Shown here: piece after piece, positions 43,490 through 53,576 of the stretch | Position numbering within the stretch: position 1 is the first letter of the stretch | Layout of the letters: every line of letters starts with the position of its first letter | Source: Bdellovibrionaceae bacterium UBA6502 | GTDB taxonomy: Bacteria; Bdellovibrionota; Bdellovibrionia; Bdellovibrionales; UBA840 | DNA: 64,000 nt | Assembly: GCA_002436415.1 (NCBI GenBank) | Contig: DJMA01000012.1 | Span: 90,345-154,344, forward strand | Reading direction: 5' to 3' | Program-made: the position numbers and the translations under genes | Notes under the pieces: model-generated | What the model saw: the letters and a program-made list of their open reading frames with translations, nothing else | The model's database searches: none | Told to the model about the DNA's origin: nothing

Positions 43490-44374
43490 AACACCGACAG
43501 CCGCTCCCCCTAGGTGAGCGGCGTGGGCTACCCCACCCATATGGCTCAACTGAGAAAAATAACCAGTTAAATCCAAAAGCATCCAATACACAAAACCCAC
43601 CCATGCCGGCAAGTAAAGCATCAAATATTCCCATTTTACCAAAAACAACATTGTGATAAATCGAACTTTCTTCTGCCAGCGCACTACCGAGTAAAAAGCA
43701 AGTATTCCAGACACAGCTCCACTAGCCCCAACCAAGGGTATGGCCGAAGGAGCTGATAAAAAGAAATAGAAGAATGCAGCACTCACACCGCAAACCAGAT
43801 ACAGTAGCAAAAAGCCCATCCCGCCAAGAATGGCCTCAACCATGGCACCTACCACCAACAAGAACCACATATTACCAAGCAAGTGAGAAATTCCCGCATG
43901 GACAAACATATAGGAGCCCCAATTAAACCAGTTGTAATCGAGGGCTGAGATTCCATACTGAAAATTTGGATGAGTGTCTCTAAGCTTTAAAAACAAATTA
44001 TAATTTTTGCGCCAAAATTTAATAGCCACTTCATCGCCGTAAAATGGGTAGTATTGTGATAACCTCTTAAAATTGGCATCGGCCATTGCCAACTGACCTA
44101 GATTTCTAGCCATACTGCGGTTACCACTCTCGGTTTGTTGAGCTAAGACCTTTTGCACTTCACCATAGTGTTGTGGATATTCTCCAATAATCTGAGCGTA
44201 TAACTTTCCCTGAATTTCTAAAAACTCTGTTTTATAAAAATCAGCCAACTCCATATTATTCAACATTTGAAAATTATAAACAGCAATGGTCACAGCAACG
44301 TTCACTAAAATCAAGGCCCATGTAATTGGACTTTTCTTCAATTTAGGAACACCACCGTAATAAGGAAGAATCAT
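43406..44374 (-). CDS. rhomboid-family intramembrane serine protease
   Basis: HAGISHLLGNMWFL, GASGAVSG (catalytic Ser) and AHLGG (catalytic His). Confidence 0.85.
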   Translation of the reverse strand: MILPYYGGVPKLKKSPITWALILVNVAVTIAVYNFQMLNNMELADFYKTEFLEIQGKLYAQIIGEYPQHYGEVQKVLAQQTESGNRSMARNLGQLAMADANFKRLSQYYPFYGDEVAIKFWRKNYNLFLKLRDTHPNFQYGISALDYNWFNWGSYMFVHAGISHLLGNMWFLLVVGAMVEAILGGMGFLLLYLVCGVSAAFFYFFLSAPSAIPLVGASGAVSGILAFYSVVRWQKKVRFITMLFLVKWEYLMLYLPAWVGFVYWMLLDLTGYFSQLSHMGGVAHAAHLGGAAVGVLFGIVFRWRKTLAHSIFRYNPWVHKLK

Positions 44375-46296
44375 TTTTGAAGCCTTTGCATCACTTCTTT
44401 AAAGCGAACATTGCTTGATTCAATAAACGAAGAACTTTTATCCGCAGAGGCTGGTGCTCTCGACTGTTGCGAAAATGGCTCAATAAATTTTTTCAGCCAA
44501 TTGGACTGACTCTTCTCAAAAGCATTGATAGCTAGACTTCTATGAAAATACGGATTTTGATCAACCATCGCAAGAGCTGTTTCTGCCAATGACTCCGCTT
44601 GCTGGTTCATCCCTCGATCGTAGTAGGCATTGGTGAGTTTGATAATAGAAGATTCCCATTCTTGAGAATAGCGATTAGTGATCATCAAGTATTGGTGGAT
44701 TCTAAGTAAACTCGTCTCAGAGGGATTATTCGCAAGAAGGCGTTTTACTAACTCATGGCTTAGTTCCCCACTAATTTTTCCAGCTAAACTCATCTCCAAC
44801 AAATCATGCATTGCTGTGGTTCTATTTTGTTCAATGTAAGAAAAGAAAATCTTAGAGGCAGGAGAAACACGATGGGCAAGAGAATTCAGTAAATCCCCTT
44901 GCTTCATATCACCACTACATTCGTTTTTGTTAAACATCGCCAAAGCCTCTATATCAGTGAACTCTTCTTCGGTATTATAAACCCATTGATTCATGCCCTG
45001 ACAAACGGCCTTATCTGCTCGATCACAACTTACTTCCAAATTCTTCCAACAAAGCCAAGCCTGCTGTTGCCTTAGATCTCTTGGGTGAAGTTTCGATTGA
45101 GAAGCAACAAAAGCAATTTCAGCCTCTGATTCTCGACCAAGATTCCATAAAGCCTTGGATCGATACTTCGAAAGAAAATTGTTTAAATAAGGATTTATAG
45201 ACAATTTCTCTATCAACTCATAAGCGCTCTTAAATTGTTTGCGATTCATATAGTGTTGAATGGCATAAGCTTTCATAAACGAATAAGAGTTGTCCATGAG
45301 TACATCCACCACTCGATCTGCTTTTTTGTAATCGGAGTCAGCCCAATAGTTAATTAGCTTGGTAAAAAGACAAGCATCGGTTTGCGAGTCATGCTCACAG
45401 ACCTTTACCAAATAGTCATCCGACAACTCCACCACACCCTCCAATGCAAAGGCCTTGGCTAAATACGCGTAAGTGATTTCTTTTTTCCTCAAAAAAGCGG
45501 CGTCCGCTTCAGATAAAAGGCATTCTTTACTAACCTGCTCTGAGGCATAGAGACTTAGAGCGATCATCAATCGACTTGTTTTTTCATTGTTTTCCTGGGG
45601 CCAGTCCTTACTCAACTCAACCACTTCTTCACAATGTGGAATGGAGTTGTTTAAACGGGTTAGCCAATCGTCTTCTTCTAAAAGCATTTCAGCTCCAGTA
45701 CTCATAGCCGATGCTATTAGAGCAAAAACCCATAAATAGGCCGGCAATAACAAGCCTTTTACAAAACTTCTCTCTTGCTTTGATGGTGCGCCTGAGTAGC
45801 TCCTACCCTCACTAATCATTATCGTGTCAGTAAGCTTATCAAAAAACATTCTGCGATAGTTATCAGTAAACATGCCCGTTAAAGGTAAAAGCAAAGGGGT
45901 CCCAAAAAAGAATGCAATGTTTCGTAAAATGATTTTCCCAAAACTTGGGGTTTTTCCCGACCATATACTAATGCTTCGAATATTAAAAAACCTTTGTCCA
46001 AAAGTCTTTTTATAGCGGTAACTTAAAAAGGAGTTGAAAGCGACATAGAACGAAAAATGAATGGCAAATAGACTGATGGCATAAATAAGTACTCTGCCAT
46101 ACTCCCCTAAAACTTGGGCCTCTGTATATAACTTACTCACTGGCGAAGCTAAAAAAGAAGAAAAGCCGTAACTTATTAAAGCATCAATAAAAAAAGCACC
46201 AATTCGATCCGTAGGATTCGCAAGGCGCTTATTTTTAACCTTTTCTAGAACTGTTTTTTTAGGACTACCGAAGTCGTCAAAATTTGCCCAAACCAT
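44371..46296 (-). CDS. RDD-domain membrane protein with a large helical-repeat (TPR-like) C-terminal domain
   Basis: RIGAFFIDALISYGF (RDD family) followed by TM segments and ~400 aa of helical repeats. Its stop overlaps the rhomboid start (4 nt). Confidence 0.65.
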   Translation of the reverse strand: MVWANFDDFGSPKKTVLEKVKNKRLANPTDRIGAFFIDALISYGFSSFLASPVSKLYTEAQVLGEYGRVLIYAISLFAIHFSFYVAFNSFLSYRYKKTFGQRFFNIRSISIWSGKTPSFGKIILRNIAFFFGTPLLLPLTGMFTDNYRRMFFDKLTDTIMISEGRSYSGAPSKQERSFVKGLLLPAYLWVFALIASAMSTGAEMLLEEDDWLTRLNNSIPHCEEVVELSKDWPQENNEKTSRLMIALSLYASEQVSKECLLSEADAAFLRKKEITYAYLAKAFALEGVVELSDDYLVKVCEHDSQTDACLFTKLINYWADSDYKKADRVVDVLMDNSYSFMKAYAIQHYMNRKQFKSAYELIEKLSINPYLNNFLSKYRSKALWNLGRESEAEIAFVASQSKLHPRDLRQQQAWLCWKNLEVSCDRADKAVCQGMNQWVYNTEEEFTDIEALAMFNKNECSGDMKQGDLLNSLAHRVSPASKIFFSYIEQNRTTAMHDLLEMSLAGKISGELSHELVKRLLANNPSETSLLRIHQYLMITNRYSQEWESSIIKLTNAYYDRGMNQQAESLAETALAMVDQNPYFHRSLAINAFEKSQSNWLKKFIEPFSQQSRAPASADKSSSFIESSNVRFKEVMQRLQK

Positions 46297-46362
46297 ATTT
46301 TCTTATCGGTTTACAGGCATTTTTTCTAAATGAGACTAGCCGAAATGTAGACCTTTAATGGG

Positions 46363-46995
46363 CTAGTTATTTTCAACACGAAATGAAACCATTGCACCAG
46401 CTTCATTATGCTCAAAGAAGGCCTTCCCAACTTCCTCTCCACCCTGTTTTAAAGAGTAGGTTTCAAAAGTCCCACCATCTTGCTCTTTGGAGTCCAGCTT
46501 ATCGACACGATTATAGCTCACAGCCAAACGTCCAGACTGACTAAATAAAAAATCAAGAGAAGACTTTTTGTACTCGGCATTCACCTTTGATATTGCATTA
46601 GATAACTCGAGGGACTTTAACTTCCCTTTTCGCATTTTTACGCGATATTTACCACCCAATTCCCCATACTGAAATTGCTCCAGAGAGTCTGGGTTTCTAG
46701 CAAAGCGAACTTCGTTTGAATCCTGGAGAAGCTTTATCATTTCTTTTTCAAACTCAGCATCATAGGTTCTAGAGATTCCAGAACCAGTACTGGCAATACC
46801 ACGTCCTGTAACAGCTGAGTCATTTGAGTTCCAAACAATATGGTTGATAAAACCGAAAACTCCTAGAAAAACAATGGCTGAGCCAAAAATAGCATTACGT
46901 TTGGCAGCGATATGTTCTTTGTATAAGGCCTTCTTCATATTCTGAACCGGCATTTTTATCACATTGTCTTTGTTTTCTGTTTCATTTTGAGACAT
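46363..46995 (-). CDS. membrane-anchored hypothetical protein
   Basis: Single TM segment (AIFGSAIVFLGVFGFINHIVW). GGGGAGAACC RBS. Confidence 0.55.
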   Translation of the reverse strand: MSQNETENKDNVIKMPVQNMKKALYKEHIAAKRNAIFGSAIVFLGVFGFINHIVWNSNDSAVTGRGIASTGSGISRTYDAEFEKEMIKLLQDSNEVRFARNPDSLEQFQYGELGGKYRVKMRKGKLKSLELSNAISKVNAEYKKSSLDFLFSQSGRLAVSYNRVDKLDSKEQDGGTFETYSLKQGGEEVGKAFFEHNEAGAMVSFRVENN

Positions 46996-47299
46996 GGTTC
47001 TCCCCTGTTTTGTCCCTCTTTGCTACTGCACTCATTATACCAAGCCTATTCAATTTAAAACAAGTCTGGCTAATGAAAGCCTTTTCACCTGTCTTATCGG
47101 TTTACAGATCAATTTAATCCACTCGACCTTCAAAGAGAATTTAAAAACAGTATATTGGCCAAATCGTATAAGTTATTAACAGCCTGTCGTCCTATTTTGA
47201 GATTGTCGAAAAAAAAATTTTTTAAATTTTTACGATAAAAGACTAAATCTCGTATCAAAAAATTACGATAAGCCAGTGTATTGAAAAGAGAGGAACCTT

Positions 47300-50200
47300 A
47301 TGCCTAAGACATCACGTTCTATAAATTTTAGCTTCCTATTTGTTATACTTTCTTTAAGTATAGCTCCTTTATTTCAGAACTGTTCGAGCCAAATAGATTT
47401 TGGTCAGACAGATAATTTTGCCTTAGAGCAAGGTTATGCGGAATTGGTAGATTTTTATATCGATCCAAATTCTTGGGATGCAAAACCAAACATTAATGTA
47501 GTCGCAATCGTGGATAACTCCAATTCCATGAGTCCGATCCAAGAAAAAGTGGCTAGCGGTTTGGAGCAATCCCTTGATCCGTTAAACCAGTTTGCAGGTC
47601 GATTAGAGCTTTACACAACAACCCAAGGTTTAGATCCTGTTTTTACAAATAGAAACGAAGAAGATCTGAAACTTTCGGTAGTAAAAGAAATTCTTCCTTA
47701 TAAAGACAGTGATGATGCTGATGAGTTCATTGAGGCCTACCGCCTTCCAGCTTCTTTCACTAAAGACTCTTCTGGAACCAGAAGATCTCTTTACTACAAT
47801 CCAGACAACCTTGAGTCTGTAAAACAAAGTTTCGGACAAAGCATTCGTGAACTTGGTACTTTGGGATCTAGTGACGAACAAGGTATCTGTACTTTAATGA
47901 GAAGTATTGCGAGTCAAAGTGAAGAAGAGCAAACACAACATGCGTTTGTGCTAGTGAGTAATGAGGACGACGCTACTGATATTTCTTCTTGTTTAGACCA
48001 AATTGAAAACTACAAAGTCGTAAGTGATGGAAGTGGCTTTCAAGACTGTACCCAAGCTGACCTTGGGAGACAAGACCGTCCTAACTGTATCGCTCAAAAT
48101 AAATTGAATGTTACTACTACAGATTATAAGACAAAACTTTTTGCACGTTACGATACTACGCAAAACCACTATGCCGTGCAATCTGATAGTATTCGTAGAA
48201 ACAATGTTGCAATCAAACTAAATTTAAAACGATATGGTTATAAGCAAGACACTAGATCTTGTGATCTACAACTAAAGAAAAGCATTGCGAAAAAAGACTT
48301 AAAATTGAATTGGGCAAAGAAGAAATCAAAATGGAAAATGCAGTACCAACAAAACCGCGTTATTCTAACCGCCTCTCGAAAAGGTGTTTACAACTACGAG
48401 GGTAGAAACTTTGAAGAATATTTCGAAGAGAACTTAGGTACCTATGAAGCCAATAGCTGTAGTGATGTTCGCAGCACTTGTAACTCTTCAGACCTTGCCA
48501 AATACACTGGGAACTACCAAATCAATGCTGATGGCACCATGGTTCCCGCTGAGCTAACTAACACTTGTAATGTTCTTTGTACGGAGACTACAGCGGTTTG
48601 GAAAGACCAAACCAGCTACCAAAATGTATACGCTAGTTGTGAGCAAAATTTTGAAAACAACCAACTAAGAGCTGGTAACAACATAGGAAACGTACCTAAC
48701 TGTAGTTCTGCCAACTGTCGTTTTCAATGTTCTAACCTATCTAATGAATCCCAATCCCCTATCTTAATTGCGGATGATAAAAATGGAAGCTGTGACCAAG
48801 ATCATGGTATCAACCTGGCAGATGTGAGTTGTACTAACTCTATGAACTGCCAAGCTTTTTGTGCTCAGGACAATGTGGTTTGTAATTCGAACCTATCTTG
48901 TAGCGCCGACAACGATGAGAGCTTAATTACTAGTAGTGGTTATAGTGGTGACAACTGTGATAGTTCAATTAGCGATAGTTTGAAAAACTCAGCCTTCACC
49001 TCTTCGCAAAGAAGTGGTTGTGGATCGACTTATTCATGTACTTATAGTGTTATCAACTCAAGTGGTTCTGCTTCAAGATTCACTGCACTCACTAATTATG
49101 TACGAGGCAAATGTAGCGCCGAAGACGATGCTGCGGCACAAAGTAAGTTAGATTCCGAAGTACCAAACTGTCAAAACTGTACAGCCGTTTGTAGTAACGG
49201 AACTTCTTCAAACTACAGTGTTAACGGTGGATACTCACTAGACAATGTTTGCCTTCCAAGTACAAATGGAACAAAGTACAGCGGCTTTGAAAGCTATATG
49301 TCTAGTCTACAATCAGAGGATTTGAGAGACATAGAAATTGGTAACAATGACTTTGCTGCTAAATTGGGTGAGCTAAGTGCGGATGAATTAAAATATTTAA
49401 ATATCAACTGCTCTACGGCAAGCTATAAGAAAAAACTGAGTGGTAACAATATCGTGGATCTTGGCGATGCCTCGAACTATTCGGAAACAGCTTGTAGTGA
49501 CTCTCACTCTTCTCTAGTTTCCAACCTAAACTCTTGGTTTAACTCTAACACTGGCACAAGCAGAAGTACTTCTAATACTTCTAATATGAAATGTTATGTT
49601 TATGAAGAACCTACCCAGATTATTACAAAGAACAACGTAGTTGTTAAAGATGAATGGGACTTTGATTTGTCTAGTTCCAAGATGGTTTATAGCAATAACT
49701 GTTCTGCAGCCATACCTAGTGAGTACCGAGACCAATTGGGATTCCCTAATGGTGCCGTAAACACTTATTGTGAATTAAATCGAGCAGAAGATAATTTGAG
49801 TGCGCAGTGTTCTAAGAACGAAGCAATGCTTCGAGCCGGTGCCACACAAGAAGAACTTCGAAACGTTGCTGAAGCAATTTGTGATGCCAATTTAAATCTA
49901 GAGGACGCAGATCAAATTAGTTACAGTAACTTTTCTAGCGTAGTAAAAGGTCAGTATCCAGTAGATGTTCCAGGCGGAAGTGTGATCAATGTGAAAGACA
50001 AATACCCTCACCTTCAAGCTCTAGACGCTGCTAGTATTAAGAATGCCATTCAAGTTCAGCTAGGAACCTTAGAAGGAAGTAATTTTGCCTCCTTCGTGAC
50101 TCCTCCTGAAAACTCACAAGCTTTCGCTAAATGTGAGGAAGAAGCAGCCTCTTATAATCCAGAGGACCCGAACTACAATCCTTTTGCCGAAGGAGCTTTG

Positions 50201-50557
50201 TACTCAGAGTTGATGACTGCCTTAGGAAATGATAAGGCATCAACCTACTCTGTTTGTGAAGAAAATTACGTAGCGGCCTTCCAAGAGATTGTGGACCGTG
50301 TGGTTGCAGAGGCAGAGTTTTCTTATAAAATTAGCCTCGCTGAATACGAAAATGTATACAAGGTTTTCTTGGTTGACCAATCTGGATCGGAAACAGAGCT
50401 TATGCCTTATATGTATTTCGTAAAAGCTGGGTTGATAAATATCGAACCAGCCTACTACTACCTATTAACTGAGAAAGTTAGTAGTATCCGAGTTCAAATC
50501 TACAGAGACCTACAGGCCAAAGAGGAATTAGGAAGAGTTCCTGCCTCGGCAGAATAA
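47300..50557 (+). CDS. large secreted protein with an N-terminal VWA-like domain followed by a cysteine-rich region
   Basis: Signal peptide. MIDAS-type motif VAIVDNSNSM (DxSxS). Dozens of Cys residues between about aa 320-820. Confidence 0.7.
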   Translation: MPKTSRSINFSFLFVILSLSIAPLFQNCSSQIDFGQTDNFALEQGYAELVDFYIDPNSWDAKPNINVVAIVDNSNSMSPIQEKVASGLEQSLDPLNQFAGRLELYTTTQGLDPVFTNRNEEDLKLSVVKEILPYKDSDDADEFIEAYRLPASFTKDSSGTRRSLYYNPDNLESVKQSFGQSIRELGTLGSSDEQGICTLMRSIASQSEEEQTQHAFVLVSNEDDATDISSCLDQIENYKVVSDGSGFQDCTQADLGRQDRPNCIAQNKLNVTTTDYKTKLFARYDTTQNHYAVQSDSIRRNNVAIKLNLKRYGYKQDTRSCDLQLKKSIAKKDLKLNWAKKKSKWKMQYQQNRVILTASRKGVYNYEGRNFEEYFEENLGTYEANSCSDVRSTCNSSDLAKYTGNYQINADGTMVPAELTNTCNVLCTETTAVWKDQTSYQNVYASCEQNFENNQLRAGNNIGNVPNCSSANCRFQCSNLSNESQSPILIADDKNGSCDQDHGINLADVSCTNSMNCQAFCAQDNVVCNSNLSCSADNDESLITSSGYSGDNCDSSISDSLKNSAFTSSQRSGCGSTYSCTYSVINSSGSASRFTALTNYVRGKCSAEDDAAAQSKLDSEVPNCQNCTAVCSNGTSSNYSVNGGYSLDNVCLPSTNGTKYSGFESYMSSLQSEDLRDIEIGNNDFAAKLGELSADELKYLNINCSTASYKKKLSGNNIVDLGDASNYSETACSDSHSSLVSNLNSWFNSNTGTSRSTSNTSNMKCYVYEEPTQIITKNNVVVKDEWDFDLSSSKMVYSNNCSAAIPSEYRDQLGFPNGAVNTYCELNRAEDNLSAQCSKNEAMLRAGATQEELRNVAEAICDANLNLEDADQISYSNFSSVVKGQYPVDVPGGSVINVKDKYPHLQALDAASIKNAIQVQLGTLEGSNFASFVTPPENSQAFAKCEEEAASYNPEDPNYNPFAEGALYSELMTALGNDKASTYSVCEENYVAAFQEIVDRVVAEAEFSYKISLAEYENVYKVFLVDQSGSETELMPYMYFVKAGLINIEPAYYYLLTEKVSSIRVQIYRDLQAKEELGRVPASAE

Positions 50558-50567
50558 ATAAAAAAAC

Positions 50568-50600
50568 AAAGCCCCGATAGTTTTCTATCGGGGCTTTTTA
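50568..50600. terminator. bidirectional rho-independent terminator
   Basis: AAAGCCCCGATAG-TTTT-CTATCGGGGCTTT is flanked by A-runs and T-runs, between convergent genes. Confidence 0.85.
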
Positions 50601-50623
50601 CTTTTCAAAAACATCAAAATAAA

Positions 50624-50980
50624 TTAAATCAAAAAAGAAAAGAAACTTGGATATTCGTAAATTTCGTTTTTACTTTCTTTGATAGCAGCATAGATCGGTA
50701 ACAAAATAGAAATCACGTATACAACTCCGATAACTAGCAGGCCAATTCCTATAGTAGTAAGCAATAATCCAAACACATGAAGGACCAAAAGATTAAGGAG
50801 AAAGTTATTCACCTGTCTTCCCACTCGATCTAGATACACAGATTGGTCTTTCTTATTTAACCAAATCATCAAAGGCACAAACCATCCGATGACAGGCAAA
50901 ATGGTATTCCCTAGTAAGATACTCAAGTGCATCATCACGGACCAATTTCTTTGTTCTCTTCGAAAATCAATATCTTCCAT
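50624..50980 (-). CDS. DUF4870-like small membrane protein
   Basis: ERNWSVMMHLSILLG...LMIWLNKKDQS...NFLLNLLV pattern. Confidence 0.65.
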   Translation of the reverse strand: MEDIDFRREQRNWSVMMHLSILLGNTILPVIGWFVPLMIWLNKKDQSVYLDRVGRQVNNFLLNLLVLHVFGLLLTTIGIGLLVIGVVYVISILLPIYAAIKESKNEIYEYPSFFSFLI

Positions 50981-50990
50981 TTTTTAAACC

Positions 50991-51386
50991 CTATGATTTA
51001 ATTTTAGTCGAAGCACTTACTTCAACGGATTCTTCATCTGAGGACCTTTTTAAAACCTCAATCTCAGCGGAGATTCTAAACTTGTGCCCTTCTACAAAAC
51101 GAGAGGCTTCCTCAACGAAATCGATCTTTTTTATGATAGATACTAGTTCATCCCCTACTCGATCAACAATTTCTTCTTTAGATCGATTTGCGCCTTCTAG
51201 CACTTTTCCCAAAACATCTTTAGGAAGTTTTACCTCCCCTAAAATACTTCGCACGGTTTCTTCAGTTAAAAAGGCAGCTCCCACTCCCATTGCAATCAAA
51301 CGCTTAATGGGTTCTGGCACGAACTTTAAATTTTGCTTTTCTTCAGAACTTGCATCATCAGAATTATTTTCCATAAACTTCACCAA
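50991..51386 (-). CDS. hypothetical protein, weakly phasin-like (COG3937-type)
   Basis: IKRLIAMGVGAAFLTEETVRSILG followed by a helical charged region. Low-confidence family call. Confidence 0.45.
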   Translation of the reverse strand: MVKFMENNSDDASSEEKQNLKFVPEPIKRLIAMGVGAAFLTEETVRSILGEVKLPKDVLGKVLEGANRSKEEIVDRVGDELVSIIKKIDFVEEASRFVEGHKFRISAEIEVLKRSSDEESVEVSASTKIKS

Positions 51387-51795
51387 TGCGTTTATGAAAA
51401 GAACTGATCATATTGGGTAAATTAACATTCACCAATGCCTTTGTGATCGGACCAGGTACAAACAAACCAAACTTAGCTTCTACGTTATAAGTCGCACGGC
51501 ATTTACCAGCCTCATCTTCTAGTTTCCATGAACCATTATTTACTTTAAAAACATCGCCACTTGCAAATTCCCATTTAAGGCCTTTGTTTGGCTCTAACTC
51601 TACCCAAATGCTGTAGCTAAACTTTTTAATTACATTCACCGAGTACTCAACCAACTTACGATTGCCCTGGTCTTCCACCACTCGACACTCGCTTACTTCC
51701 GCTAAAAACTCAGGGTACTTTTCAAAATCAGAAACGATTTCATAAAATTCTTCTACCGTGCAATTAAAAACTTCTGTTGTACTTGCGCTTGCCAC
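51364..51795 (-). CDS. SRPBCC (START/polyketide cyclase-like) family protein
   Basis: Size and the FEKYPEFL...W.L pattern typical of COQ10/RatA-like SRPBCC proteins. Confidence 0.65.
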   Translation of the reverse strand: MASASTTEVFNCTVEEFYEIVSDFEKYPEFLAEVSECRVVEDQGNRKLVEYSVNVIKKFSYSIWVELEPNKGLKWEFASGDVFKVNNGSWKLEDEAGKCRATYNVEAKFGLFVPGPITKALVNVNLPNMISSFHKRIGEVYGK

Positions 51796-51864
51796 AAGGC
51801 CTCCTCTTTATCAAAACTTGCCTAGACCATTCTAATCGTTATACCATTGTGAATCTAGTAATCA

Positions 51865-52968
51865 GTGCCTCTGGCTAACGCCTCGCACCAACCAAGAGAG
51901 ACTCAAATGAAATTACTCTTTAGCCTTTTCGCCCTATGTATTATCAGTTCCATTTCTTATGCTCAAGATTTAGAAAAACTTTTCGTAGATAAAAAGCCAG
52001 CAGTAGCATTGATTAACTCCGGTGGCGGGGTTTGTTCAGGAAGTCTCATAGAAGCAGAGATCACACTTACTGCAGCTCATTGTGTAGACAGACTTTATAC
52101 CCCTTACGTTGTTTACGGAAAAACAGAATACAAGTCAGCCATCGTAGCGATGGATCGGGAGCTTGATTTAGCTCTTATTCGCCACCTTCCCGTCAAAGAC
52201 ATAAAACCGATTTCCATCAAAAAGGCTGCCGAGAAATTAAAACAAGGTCAAAAACTTGCAACCATTGGCCATCCCCTTACGCCAAAACCTTTTGCAAACC
52301 CTCCTTTCAGTACTGAGTTTTCTTACCTAATGTCTCAAGGAATTTTATCTGGAAAAAACTCTTACGACTTAATCACAGATATGTCCCTCAGCCCCGGTAA
52401 TTCGGGAGGGCCTATCTTTGATGAAAAAGGAGAGCAGGTAGGCGTAGTATCAAGAAAAAGAATTGATATGGGAGTTGGTAACATTGGAGTTGGTGCGCAT
52501 CACGAGTCCATCCATAGCTTCTTAAAAGACAGTAAGAAGGAGTTTGTTCTTCCATGGTTTTTTGCCAAGACTAGCGGCTTCGGAAACATTACCTACAATA
52601 CTTTAAGCGCAGAACTTGCTCCACAAGGAGTCGACAACTATGGCCTTTGGACTTTTGACATTGGCTTAAATCTTTTTCAACGCCTAGACACCTATTGGAA
52701 AATCCCCCTTCACAAACCTGATAATTTAGAGGATTTTTATGAGTTTCGACTGGCCTATCATTTACGCTTTGAAATGGCCAATCACACTTACCTTTTACTA
52801 AGTCCAATTTACGGCTGGGCAAGGCTCAACGAAGAACAAAGTAATTCCTTAGGTTTACAAATTTCTCATAGCGCTTTACCGCTAAGCCTAAGATACCTTA
52901 GCTACGACAAAACCGACTCCCTAGGAGATATTCATTCATTAGAACTCTCTCTAGGTAGTAGCTTTTAA
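51865..52968 (+). CDS. secreted trypsin-like (S1) serine protease with a C-terminal beta-barrel-like extension
   Basis: TLTAAHCV (His), LDLALI (Asp) and GNSGGPIF (Ser). The probable start is the ATG at 51907 (MKLLFSLFALC). The C-terminus ends ...SLELSLGSSF. Confidence 0.8.
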   Translation: MPLANASHQPRETQMKLLFSLFALCIISSISYAQDLEKLFVDKKPAVALINSGGGVCSGSLIEAEITLTAAHCVDRLYTPYVVYGKTEYKSAIVAMDRELDLALIRHLPVKDIKPISIKKAAEKLKQGQKLATIGHPLTPKPFANPPFSTEFSYLMSQGILSGKNSYDLITDMSLSPGNSGGPIFDEKGEQVGVVSRKRIDMGVGNIGVGAHHESIHSFLKDSKKEFVLPWFFAKTSGFGNITYNTLSAELAPQGVDNYGLWTFDIGLNLFQRLDTYWKIPLHKPDNLEDFYEFRLAYHLRFEMANHTYLLLSPIYGWARLNEEQSNSLGLQISHSALPLSLRYLSYDKTDSLGDIHSLELSLGSSF

Positions 52969-52970
52969 AT

Positions 52971-53000
52971 AAAAAAAGCTCATCCTTTTGGGGATGAGCT
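52971..53000 (-). terminator. rho-independent terminator for bioY
   Basis: AGCTCATCC-loop-GGATGAGCT. On the minus strand the stem is followed by T7. Confidence 0.7.
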
Positions 53001-53024
53001 TGATAAGATTGATTAAAATTTAAA

Positions 53025-53576
53025 TTAGGATTTAAAAAACTTAGTTACAATTGTCGCAGCAACTAGATTCTTCACTAGATCACCCGCTAAAAACGGAAAC
53101 AAACCCAGAACCAAAAGCTCTTTCGTCGGAACGAAAAAACTTAAACCCAATAAGCCAAAAGTAAAAACACAAGCACTACCGGCATAAGTTGCTGTTAAAG
53201 CTTTGGAAAAGCTTTGGTTAAATCCACGATCGGACAAACCGCCAACTACGAAACTAGCAAGCAACATACCTGCTAAGTAACCTACTGTAGGTCCCATTAA
53301 GCCCACTTGAAATCCTGCAAAAATTGGTAATCCAGCAAAACCCAAAGCAATGTAGGAAGCAACACTTCCCACGGCTAACTTTCGACCAAGAATTAAAGAC
53401 AATAAAGCCACTCCAAAGGTTTGTCCCGTCACAGGTACAGGTGATAGTGGAAGATAAAATTTAATTTGAGCCAAAGCGGCTAAGGCAAACACACCCAACA
53501 CTACTTTAGTGATCTGAGCGCTTATATCTTGAGAACTTGCTAGTGATTTAATACTCATTTTTTCTCCTTCATTCAT
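53025..53576 (-). CDS. bioY: biotin transporter BioY
   Basis: PVPVTGQTFGVALLSLILG, GLPIFAG and GPTVGYLAG blocks. Confidence 0.85.
   Translation of the reverse strand: MNEGEKMSIKSLASSQDISAQITKVVLGVFALAALAQIKFYLPLSPVPVTGQTFGVALLSLILGRKLAVGSVASYIALGFAGLPIFAGFQVGLMGPTVGYLAGMLLASFVVGGLSDRGFNQSFSKALTATYAGSACVFTFGLLGLSFFVPTKELLVLGLFPFLAGDLVKNLVAATIVTKFFKS

Noticed and set aside
51364-51795. SRPBCC protein as a RatA-type toxin of a toxin-antitoxin pair with the downstream 131-aa gene
   Set aside because: RatA-like annotation of SRPBCC/COQ10 proteins is generic, and the partner does not resemble RatB or any antitoxin. The overlap simply indicates an operon.
51872-51886. Sigma-54-like TGGCTA-N5-TCGC upstream of the S1 protease gene
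   Set aside because: The GG/GC spacing is right, but both hexamers are degenerate. The -12 element is only about 21 nt from the ATG at 51907, so the predicted TSS would remove the RBS.
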